Assembly: GCA_051294905.1 (NCBI GenBank)
Contig: CM119372.1
Coordinates: forward strand, 32,862,001-32,926,000
Reading direction: 5' to 3'
DNA: 64,000 bases
Source of the DNA: Botryllus schlosseri
Taxonomy: Eukaryota
Part shown: piece by piece, positions 26,259 to 37,929 of the stretch
How the letters are laid out: each line of letters opens with the position of its first letter
Numbering within the stretch: the first letter of the stretch is position 1
Notes under the pieces: model-generated
The model's database searches: none
What the model saw: only the letters and a program-made list of their open reading frames with translations
Told to the model about the DNA's origin: nothing
Position numbers and translations under genes: made by a program

Positions 26259-27086
26259 ATAAAACAACTTAGTTGCTCACACAATTATTGTAATCAACCC
26301 TTCTCTTTTAAAAAAATCAGGTGACATAAATGCGGCCAGAATATTTTAAAATCCTCTTTTAACAATCCTTCTAGGTTCTGCACATCTATATTGACGCTCA
26401 TCCACAGTATCTATTAATTTTTTAGGCTGTGTCGTACATGCATGGTTGCAACCGATACTAAAATGCCTCACAGCTAGTCGGTACTTTGATAAATATGCAT
26501 TGTTAAAAGTTATATTACATCCTAGTATGCAGCACTGCCTCACTATGCTCAAGAATCCAACAAAAACTAAACCAATTGGGGAAAATCAGTGAATTAGTAC
26601 GCCAGAAAGGTCGATTGCAGCACTCCCCCACAGTCGACATCCGCAATCCCGTACCTCTACTCAAGCATATCCCGCGACGGACTGATTTCGTCGGGGATCT
26701 ATCTTATAGCGTTAAGGGGCGTGGCAGTTTCCAATCATTGTATATATATCATTGGTAAAGCCTCGTACGGATCATACTGGTTGTCTTATTTGAGTAATGA
26801 GTATGCGAAACTTGAGTTACATAGGCCTTTTGCACTGCGAGCCATATGATATTTTTCGAAGCTTGAGACAATCAACATTTAGATTTCCAACAGACGCAGA
26901 CAACAGTAAAAGTATTAATCTACTTTTACACGCTTTTTACAGTTTATGCGTATTTTGATATTGCTTGGTATTCCTGATGGCTTTGTAGTCTGGTTGCGGT
27001 TAAGCTTCATACAAAATTTGAGACTTTCGTCAGTTATACGAGATCGTAGGTTCGTCTTGATGCTAGGCTATTCTTAATGCGAGGAC

Positions 27087-27670
27087 CAGGGTTGCAACCG
27101 AGTCACAAGACTCCAAGTCACAAGTCAATCACACTTTTATAGATTTGACTCGAGTCAAGTCGAGTCATTTTCAATTCACCACCGAGTCAAGTCCGAGTCC
27201 AAGTCAGCGAACAGAGGGTCGAGTCCGAGTCATGGTACTATGTCTCGAGTCCGAGTCCAAGTCCTTGTGTTGACTGCTCAGTTTCCAGTTAAAGTCGTGG
27301 TAAACCCACTTTTTATAACTCTGTTTGGTGATATCGAACGGCTCACATTTAAAATATACAAATTTCCTCACTTTTAGCAGTTTCTGGGACCATTTTCAAG
27401 TACCAGTACCGATAGACGAAATTCAACAGCGTGGTTACTTTATTATTATTGGAAATTACAATGATATGTTGGTCTTGGCCGTCTGAGTCTCGAGTCGTAT
27501 GACTTGGTTCAAGTCTTGCGCAATGACTCGAGACCAAGTCGAGTCAATATACAGATTGACTCGAGTCGAGTAGAGTCATTTCTGTATTTTTTGAAAATGA
27601 CTCGAGTCAAGTCGAGTCATCAGAAAATCGTGACTCGAGTCGAGTCATGACTCAAGTCATTACAACCCTG
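27087..27670 (+). mobile_element. hAT-type MITE, GACTCGAGTC family
   Basis: cagggttg / caaccctg TIRs; TSD GCGAGGAC/CCGAGGAC; copies at ~30699-31240 (inverted) and 56466-56935. Confidence 0.85.
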
Positions 27671-28680
27671 CCGAGGACCCATGATGACATACGAAGCTGG
27701 AGCCAAACATGGTCAGTGGTCACTATACATCAGTATACATATCCACTGTAATGTGTGATGCGTCGGTGAGGTGGGGTCAGGGGAGGCAAAGTGAGGCAGT
27801 GCCTCACTTGTCTACTAGATTGTGAACATTTTTACTACCAAAATCGCGCAAATTGCCTATTTACTGCTCGAAATTAAAGCGTGAAAGGAGCAGTAAGGCA
27901 TAGGGGAGGCACGACTGGGCGATGCCTTTGCTGTGACAGCGCAATTGATCGTAAATATTAAAGAATTTATAATAACTGATATTAGTCGAATGTAATTGTG
28001 GCAATGATTCAGATACGACTTTCTTAATTCCCGAGGTATTCGGCGGTAAAAAAAAACGAAGCGCCACGCGCCCACATTTTAAAGCGATTACAAAGCTACG
28101 TTGTCAATCAAGAACGTGGATAGCCATGGCGTTGTTTGTAATTTGAATTTGTAATTGTGAATGTCACTTCCACGGCAATTCAATTATCTCGCCGTAAATC
28201 AAGAACACAATGTGTGTTTGAAAACTGCATTGTGATACAGACGCCGCCCTGTGTGCTATTGTCTTTGATCAATCGACGTATCGTGCAATTCAAGATTGCG
28301 TGGCGTGTACATCGAATTCGGGAGTGATATTGGTCGCCGGAGTGATATTGGTCGGCGGCGCGACAGCAACTTAAATTTGAGGATTTTGAAAAGGGGGTTC
28401 GAGCCCCTGACCCTAAATACGCCTCTGTATTACCCTATCAAAGACACTTTATACTGTCACGAGAATATTTATACTGGTTGTGCTGAAGATTTAATTACAA
28501 TAGTTGCTACAATATTGATAAATTAGGTACAAAAATAAAAATTTCGCAAAGAGCCATATCTTTTGCCCAAAAGAGCCATATATGGCTCGCGAGCCATAGG
28601 TTCTCGACCACTGATATACACGATAGTATAGGCCTACATATTTACGTAGACACATGCACGATCACCGTAACCAGTTAAAT

Positions 28681-29558
28681 CAGTGGTTGCCAACCTTTTC
28701 GACTTCATTCCCCACTTCAGATCTATCTCGAGTCTTCATTCCCCACTATCCAAAACTCCTATATACTCTTTAAAATAGGGTTACCATATTATGAGATCCT
28801 AATAAGAGGACACTTTTCTATAAATTCTGAACGCTCCATGAAAACTGGTGATTTTAAACATTATTCGACCGATACTATTGTGTTGACTAAAAAAGCTCAT
28901 CACTTTTACTCTGCTCCCAATTTTTTTATGAAACTTTCCGCGTCGGAGTGGCAGTTTTCGTGAGATTTAAATCCTTTTCGGAGAAAAAGATGAAAAATTC
29001 CCCAAAAAGAGGACATTTAGGCGTCATCCGAAGACACTTTCAATTTTTAATTTTCGATACATACATTCCAGAGCATTTAACTCAGTGGTTCCCAACCGGT
29101 GGTTGGTGGGGAATTCAATGGTTTCTGGTAGGAAATAGACGCATTTGTTAAACATTATATACAGGATAGTCTTCCTATTTACGGAGACACATGCGCCTTG
29201 CGCGGTTACCGTTACCAGTTAACTTCTCCGGAATGTATGTTTCGAAAATTATATTGCGTGTTGTTCACTAAAAGTAATTTTAACTCTGGATAATCAATGA
29301 TGGCGTCGCAAACACATCCAGCACGACCAGACGTGAAATACCGCTTTCGCTAAATTTTGCGGGTTACAGGTATCGGTTCACAATACGTTTATGTTGCAGT
29401 TATAGGCAATTGTCTTGCGTATTGGTGTGGCTGTGTGTCTTTTGTACTCGAACAACCAAATAGCTGCTCCGTAATGACAAAAGTGTTGAGTAGTGGGGAA
29501 TGAATGCTCGGAATAAATCTGAAGTGGGGAATGAAGACAAAAAGGTTGGGAACCACTG
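28681..29558. mobile_element. Composite of Charlie-like MITE segments
   Basis: Three cagtggtt termini; segments shared in both orientations with 35412-35907. Confidence 0.65.
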
Positions 29559-29574
29559 CATTAGAGGGTGTCAT

Positions 29575-29800
29575 ACCGAGCGAGATAGTGTAATGGTGAT
29601 GCGTCCGGCTTCTTTTTCGGTAGGTCGTGGGTTCTACTCCCAACCGGGTCAGTCCAAACACTTGAAAACTGTTATCCTGCTAGGCGTTCGGCATCCACGG
29701 CTAGCATGGAGGAGAATAGAACGGGGTTGCTGACTAGGTGACCTTACGGTCGTATCGCATCACCGTCGTCAAAGCATCTAGAAAACGAATATCCCCTTCT
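29575..29800 (+). mobile_element. tRNA-derived SINE, possibly with a Meta-like central domain
   Basis: Box A TAGTGTAATGG and box B GGTTCTACTCC, followed by GGGTCAGTCCAAACACTTGAAAACTG...GCTAGGCGTTCGGCAT. Confidence 0.6.
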
Positions 29801-30698
29801 CTCATCTGTAATATTCTTGGTAAAAAGTACTGATCCGACTGTACGATCCGACTCCGGCCGCATCAGAAAATCCAGCCGCATATCCAATCCGGCTCCGGTC
29901 CATGTTCCCCCCTATTACACAGTAGCCAACCCCCCAATCGGACGGATTTGGTTTTTATGATACAATAAGGATTATCACGTTCTCAGCCAACTCGCTCATT
30001 AACAATCTCAACACGCGGTCTCCAGCCATACCACGCACAACATAATTTCCAAACGGCAAATACATAACATTCTGGAAACCCTGGGTTTCCACAGTTCATT
30101 AGAGAGTTGGCTTAGAGCGCAACTAAAGATGGATACGAGTGAGTATGTCTCTATGTTTGGTAGCGTCAAGTATTAGTAGTCGGGAGCAGCAGCATCAAGT
30201 AGTAGTAGTATAATTCAGTTGGCGCGTTGCAGGCTCGAGGTAGATGTATCCTGTCGAAATCTATTCGCGGATAGTTTGACTGGGGCACGGAATGGTCACA
30301 GACGATGCTGCGCGAGCATCTAGGACAGTGGTTCCCAACCTTTTTCATCCCATGCCTCCTTTGGCCGAAATCTGAGCCAAAATTCCCCCCTTGGCAGAAA
30401 TCTGCCCCATGATTAAATAAGGTCATTTTTACCGCGCAAGCACCTGTTGACTGAAAAATAAGACGTACGGTACCGACACCTTTTTGACCTCCAAAAACAA
30501 TGGTCTTGGTTCCAATCAAACATATTCTGGAAGGCTTGACTCAAAAGACCTACACTTCCATTTGTGTTTTCGGCGTACCAGGCACCAATCGCTAATATAA
30601 CTGCTGAAAAAAATCAGTATGCATTAATTTACTGGTGTCATGATATTTTCTCAAGTTTGCGTATGCATTTGGTCAATAATATTGGTGCTTTGGTACTA

Positions 30699-31240
30699 CA
30701 AGGTTGACCAGACTCGAGTCCGACTCGAGTCATTTTCTTAAAATACGGAAACGACTCGACTCGAGACAATCTGTGTATTGACTTGACGTGGACTCGAGTC
30801 ATTGTACATGACTCGAACCAAGCCATATGACTCGAAACTATAAGACGGCAAAGACCGACATTTCATTGTAGTTCCGAAGAACAGTAAAGTGACCACCCTA
30901 TTGGAATTTCGCCTATTGGTCCTGGTACTTGAAAATGCGACAAGAAACTGCTCTAAGTGAGGAAAAGTAGCATAGTATAAATTCATATCTTTCAATATCA
31001 CTAAACAGGGTTATAAAAAGTGGGTTTAACAAGACTTCAACTGGAAACTGAGCAGTCAACACAATGACTTGGACTCGGACTCGAGTCATAATACCATGAC
31101 TCGAACTCGACCTTCTGCTCGGTGACTTGGACTCGGACTTGACTCAATGGTGAATTGAAAATGACTCCACTTGACTCGAGTCAAAACTATAAAAGTGAGA
31201 TGGACTTGTGACTCGGAGCCTCGTGACTTGATTGCAGCCA
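30699..31240 (-). mobile_element. Inverted copy of the 27087-27670 MITE family
   Basis: Reverse-complement similarity along its whole length. Confidence 0.8.
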
Positions 31241-34230
31241 GATATATCACATACACGTGATCAGATTTCCTGCTGGAGCTCATTGAAACTTAGGACACCC
31301 ATTCCGTTTCGGCAACATTACACCAAGTTTAACATGTATTTCATCGATCGGGTAGCTTTTCACTAAAAATAAAGCAAATCTCTCTCTAAGGTAGCATGCG
31401 GGATTGGGAAAGCGGAAGTGAAGATAGTTGGATTTGAGTTGAGCTTGGATAGTCTTGGTATGGAGTTTGTCTTGGATTGTCTCTGTGTGGGGTTGTTACT
31501 GCGTTAAGTCTTGGATTGGATTGGAAGTATTGAAGTATTTTTTGTGCCTGCCTAGGTTGTAATATATCCGTCAAATCTGCAATGAGTCACTGGGTCCAGT
31601 CGAACCTGAAGTAACTTAGCCGCATTCAGTCAGAAAGCGAGGACTACGACCGAACGGTTACACCTTGCTGTGATAGATTCGGCACGACATTTGCTCGCTT
31701 AGGATATATTTGATTGAGATGCCGTCGCTGGCCTACAAAATTGTCTTGCAAACTGCAGCACATCCGAATAAGTTTTAAAAAGGGGGAATTTCTATGTGAA
31801 AAAGAGATTTCAAATAGCATTGCACATACTTCGAGCAAAAAACAGCCTTAAGGAGCATACGTTCGGATATAACTGGTTCACTACATGACAGTTCGGACAT
31901 GTACAATTTGGGATATCCGTAACAATTCTAAGGTGGAAATTCTCCCTAAAAATTGCAAAATTCCTCCTAAGGGGGGAATTCCTCCCCGGTTGGAAACCAC
32001 TGATCTTTACGGAGTGCTGTAGCTCAGTAGGTAGTCCGTACTCGCATATATATGCAGCTTCTGTAGATTTAGTCATAGTTATCGGAATACGGTTTGTGTG
32101 AAGTTCATTGCTGCCTGCTGCGTGTGGGCCTGTATCTCGTATTGGTAGGTTGTCTGTTTCCGTTATCAGTTTGTGTGTATCGCTATTGCGAGAATATGAG
32201 TTTTGTGCATCGCCGTTTGAAATAATGTGCCTTGGAATACAATCTTATTAAAACCGTATGGACTTGTGTGCTGTGTTAGGCGTTTCGTTTAACGAGTGCG
32301 ACCAGGCGGCTATCGCAGAAAGACGATGTCTCTGGCCCAGGAACACACCCGCGTTCCCTGTTAGGCAGCCTACACCGCGCCGTATCAGGGTCACTAAACA
32401 TGAAAACGGTTCACAGTGCAGAATCTACTAAGGTTCGTATGTGAACGCGAACCTCCAACTTTCCGAGGTTCACAAATATAGAAGGCGAACGTGAACCTCA
32501 CGGCACACCATCCCTAAACTCGCACAGAGGGGACTACGCCGAATCCCAAGTACAAAGAGCAGGGCATATATTATGTTAACTTATAGAACGGAAAATTTCC
32601 GTATTCCATTCCCGCCTCGCTCGTCCGATATCACACGTACAATTTTCCGTACTATAGCGGCATTGTTCCATACGATATTCGATGCATTTCCATACCTTCT
32701 CAGTTGCTCAACATCTCGGATACTATAATCATATTTTAGAGGTGAAGAAATTCTTCAGCGTTTAAATTCTAATTACTTTTAATTGCATTATACTTTGCAT
32801 CCCATTCCCATTTTTCTAGTGTCATATGTCATCGATCATGGTTGCCTGATCATCGAAGACAGAATGTAAAATTGCCATAAGGGATTCTTCTTCTGTGTCA
32901 TAATCGACGTAGCGTGATGAAAATACGATCACCGTGCAAGACACGATTCCAAATTCTCAAGTTGATACAATTTGAGATTTGAACTGAGACCTTTAAGCGA
33001 ACGATTTTCTGGGGCATGCAATCAATTCGATAAATAAAAAGTAGTGCATTTGTCATGCTTTTTGCAAAATTGCCAGGTATGGAAGTATTGAAATAATTCC
33101 CATACCATACCATACCATATAGGCTACTATACCCTGAGAATGAGGCCGTATGTGCATTGTGCATGTGCGTGTTCACTGTGCACTGTGCTCATCAGAAATA
33201 ATTTAGACATGACGCACCATTGATAAGATTGCCTGACGATAACATTGATCCTAACTGATATTAACGACAAATTACGGAGAAATGCTCCTCCCATGAATAG
33301 GTGTGCATAGTTTTTCATATCATTTCTAATATCTGCCTATACGCTTATCAGTAATGGTGACACGTTATTACGTATATGTTTGGCGAGATAGACTAATCGT
33401 CTGTGAATTACTTTCAGTATCCGATTTCTGTATGACAACTTCGCTGACGACCAGATTGAAGAAGAACAAAACTGTTTTTAGTTACATGATCACAACAATC
33501 TCATTCTGCGGCTCTATCATTTTTTCAGCTCAAGACACACAATATACAATGCGATACACAAGATACAGTGCGATGTCATCAACAGATAGGAGGATGTCGA
33601 AACGACCGAGTACGTTCTATCAATATAACATCCACCTATGCCTACTCGTCAACATGATGTCCTTAATTCGGTTCAATTATAAACAACCACTCTAAAAGCG
33701 CGTTAAAGCGTGGACTGTTTATTAATAATGACGATCAGCTATATCTTGTCCATGATTGCATATGGTGGTACAATCCGGGACTGAAAACGAAAAGCGCTGG
33801 TTTAGGCGATGCCATGTTGTAGTTAATGTCAGCTTTATCATTGAGCCGTAGGGCGAAACAGGCACAATAACAAATGGATGCTCGTGTTGCAGCTATGCTG
33901 TCTGCAGAATTACTCGAATAAGACAAAAGATTTTCGGAGTTTGTTTGAATTACGTTTCGTCTTAGCCGTATCATTATACCTTTCGCAAAGGACGATGCTT
34001 TTAAGAACGGGTAACGATATCAGAAATCTATTTCCACGTATAACGGAAAACCTCATTTCGAAAGTTACTGCAAGCATGGCTCTCGTGCGAGAGGCGGTCA
34101 GTAAACGAAGTACCTATAATTTTCGGAGTACTTGAGTAGGTTTAGGATGTTGGAATTGCTTACTCCAATGTTTATATTTCAGCCTAGTTCCATTTCGACT
34201 TAAATGCTTTTAGACTTCGAGCTTTGATAA

Positions 34231-36320
34231 CACTAGTCGACATGATTTTTGTTTTTTGGCCCAAATTATGTCTATTATGTCAATTTTCGTACGCTGATTA
34301 CGAATATGAAGTCGCTTTTTTCCCCATCACGTCAAGATTTTTTATAATCTGTGATTTAAAATTTTGCATTTCAGTGCTAAAAACAGCCTGTTCTGTGACG
34401 TATTCCTTGCTGTTGGGTCATAGCTATAACCATTGTGACATCATCAGAGGTGGTCAAAGTACTTACCATATGTACTCAAGTAGAAGTAGAAGTAACGGCG
34501 TCAATTTTTACTCAAGTATAAGTAAAAGTAACTTTTTATAAGTATGTAAAAAAGTAAGTTTTCTAGGCCTAGTTTTTGATATCAGTACCAATATATTAAT
34601 ATTTCCTTCCTTTCTAAACATCACAGGACGGCGATACAATGAAAAGATGGGAAGGCATTGAAACGACTTGGAGTAGTCTTTGAAAGCTATATAAAGTTGA
34701 ATCAAGCTGAACTAGAAAACCTTGTCATAAATTTGAATTTGCCAAATTAATCCGCTCTTATTGTAGGTTCCAGATTAAAAGCCAAACATTTACTTGGCAC
34801 TGATACCACTGTTGCTTGATATATGCATCGTGATAGTGAATATACACGCTTCTTTGCCTCCGAACCATCTTTAGTCCATTGTGTCGATGTTCAAAATCTC
34901 ATAGAGACATTGGGAACTGTGAATTGTGCCTTTTTATTTATGCACCAACCCTCAAAGCTGCTTTGTCGCACAATACAAATCAATGCTCTTCTATCCCTGT
35001 AGCTGGTACAACTGGCATCAAGGGGTCTTACGAGGATATGAAACTTTTGATTTCAAATTTGGAATATAGTAGCCTACTCATACTACTCAAACGTGTAAAG
35101 TTTGCATTAATTTTGAGCTCATAAATATGCTACTGGTTCAACTGTCAAGACCTATAGGGTATCCTTGTTTATATATGAATGGGACAGTAGATATCATTGA
35201 ATTAAACGTAAGTGGCCGATGAGGGAATATCTTACACTAAGCTTTAAAATGTTTCAGAGCCTGCTCTTATCGAAAGATCTAATGTTGTATTTGTACCATT
35301 ATATATTAAACTGGATCTGATGAAAAAGTTTTTGAAGGCTCCGATCAAAGAGGTGCATGTTGTAAATATATTCATGAAAGATTTCCTAACTTGAGTCAAT
35401 ACAGCATAGAACAGTGGTTCCCAAACGGTGGGGAATTCCCCACTGGTGGGGAATTCAATGATTTCAGGTGGGGAATAGGCCCATTTGGTATACATTATAT
35501 ACAGGATATTATACATATTTACTGAGACACATGCGCGATTACAGTTACCAGTTAACTGCTCAGGAATGTATGTATCGAAAATTATAAATTGAGTGTCCTC
35601 GGAGGACGCCTAAATGCCCTATTTTTTGGTAACTTGTCCTTTTGTTCCGCTGAATTCCACGAAAAATACGTCAGAGTTTCGGGAGCCGCGAGTAAAATGA
35701 CGACCCTTTTCTGGTCGAACTGTTTTTTTAATCACCATAGTTCTCTTGGAGCTTTCTGAATTTATGAATATAAGTGTTCTCTTTTTTGGGCTCTCGAAAT
35801 ATATATAACCTTATTTAAAAGGAATATAGGAGTTTTGGGTAGTGGGGAGTGAAGACTCGGAATAAATCTGAAGTGGGGAATGAAGACAAAAAGGTTGGGA
35901 ACCACTGGCATAGAACATATATGTCGGACCTCAATCAGAACACTCACCAGAACCCCCTATCTCTTATTAGCAAGGCAGATTTGAAAAAAAATACATGACT
36001 CTCTTTCATTGAAGTTGCATCTAAATTTCGTGGAAATACCAAGGATCCTGATTATTTGGAGGGTTTAGTTTAAGATAACTACACCTCAAATCCAATAAAG
36101 CAAGTTCGGAGCATTGGATGTGTTTCGTATCATATACGGGCCTGAACGGCATAAGCGTCCTTAATATAGCTGTTTTTGAGTAAAATATTTATTCGATTTT
36201 TGTGGAAAACTGTGACGTGATGAGTGACTTCTGACGGCAAATTCGGAATCAGCAACGTCAAATTAGGTAAACTCAATTAATCGTTCTCGAAAAAAAAAAG
36301 TTGAAAAATGTCGACCAGTG
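34231..36320 (+). mobile_element. Degenerate Tc1/mariner-superfamily m44/Tc4-like DNA transposon
   Basis: TIRs cactagtcgacat / atgtcgaccagtg flanked by TAA on both sides; transposase remnants LFIYAPTLKAALSHNTNQCSSIPVA..IKGSYEDMKLLISNLEY (~34930-35070) and LSFIEVASKFRGNTKDPDY (~36000-36056). Confidence 0.75.
35412..35907. mobile_element. hAT (Charlie-like) MITE nested in the m44-like element
   Basis: cagtggttcccaa / ttgggaaccactg TIRs; TSD GCATAGAA. Confidence 0.87.
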
Positions 36321-37865
36321 TAAGTAGAAAGTAGTTTTGGGATAAGCTTCCCCTTACCGACGATGTCATTAGCAACGGGTGCGATGGCGAGCGGATTTAG
36401 GTTTACGTGAGCTGCGCTGAGAAGACGCAGGGTGGTGTTGCACGTGAGCCGAACGAACCTCTTCCCACACATATGGAATCATACGTTTGAGTGTATTTAT
36501 CTCATTTATGCCAATTCGTGAGGGTGGAAAGGCCGAATTACATATCGGAAAGAGACGCCGAATCGATTAACCAGCCACATCTCGGTGAAAATCTGTAATA
36601 CCGTGTATTGCTTTTGTTGCATGGTTACATTTGTAGGAATATTGATCCAAGCACTTGAAATTATACTCGCCTGCTAGAAAATCACGTGGAAAGTGGGAAA
36701 GGAGAACTCTAGAATTGTGTAGTTCATTTTGTATTTGTATGTTTATTTTGAAGCATGGCTCTTTCACATTATCATGAATATATTTCAGTATTTTCAGTCA
36801 AAGCCTTATCGCTATGATCACGTACACGATGCATATGAATTTTGTACAGAAAAGCTTTGTACTGACTTGCACGCAACTACGCTCCGTTGTAAATTAACGA
36901 AATACACGATATTCGTTGACGAAGTCAACCATGCAAACAACTTGAAATTACATCCTCGAAGTTGGGATACGGCAAATTCAAAATATAGTCAGGGGTTGAC
37001 TTTTATCTACACAGCCGAGGCAGGATAAATTTAAGGTCACCAAAGTACCCTGCGGCGATAATTAGTCCTAGAACATTGAAATTATACACCTTGCTAAAAT
37101 AGACATTCGAGTAAACCCAATGAAGAAGTTCTCGTAGGTGATATAAGTCACCTTGTACCAGACGGTTTTATTCTAAAACAGCGCTGCAAACGTTGAACCG
37201 CACATCATCGGCTTAGATCGTATCAGCTTGTAAACAGTATGTTTCGATAATGAAAAGCTTGAGGGATTGTTTAAAAGTTGATTCAAACAGGTTATGGTTA
37301 GCATTATATTCGTTTGGGGACATATCAGCGTCGGATTTAAATCTAGAAGCTCTAGGAAAATACAGAGGGTTGTAATGTCGTATCGATTGTTGTCTATAGA
37401 ATTCGATTGAAGTAGGATTTTCGACAATTACCACTTTCGCGACACGACTGGAGTAATGCCGTTGTGGTACGAGGTGCAGATCCCGACCTAATCGTGTGAG
37501 TTTGATCTTGGATCACACATTGACACTTTTGAGCAAGAAAGAGCCAATTCATCAAAATATTTTAAAGGGAAAGCGTAGAACTTCGCTCAATGAAGACATT
37601 GCTCCATTGTGGTGGTGGTGTTATTATCATATAATGTTACGAGATCTACGGACATTTCCAACAGGTCGGCAATCATGTTTGTGATCCCGTGGTCGTAGCA
37701 ATGCCCTATTTCATTTGGGCTCTGATGTCAATATAGCAGTCACATTGCCTTAGCTATAACAGAGCTACCACTGCTTGTTTGGCGTTAACGTATATAACGC
37801 ATATAACTCCTGTGATAAAGTTGCCGCATTGTTATTTTACAGCGGTAAGACTAAATACAGCAGTC

Positions 37866-37929
37866 ATGGAAAGATTAACGGTGATTTTAGCTGCGATCGC
37901 TTCCGTGTGCGGCCAGGTTTTCCAAGAAA
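37866..37929 (+). CDS. First coding exon, signal peptide
   Basis: ATG in gtcATGG context; hydrophobic LTVILAAIASVCG; strong gtaagt donor in phase 1 matching the next exon at 41997. Confidence 0.75.

Noticed and set aside
32815..33060. TIR-domain-like words (CTVIVFSSRY) on the minus strand
   Set aside because: Requires frame switching and has no supporting exons; too weak without a homology search.
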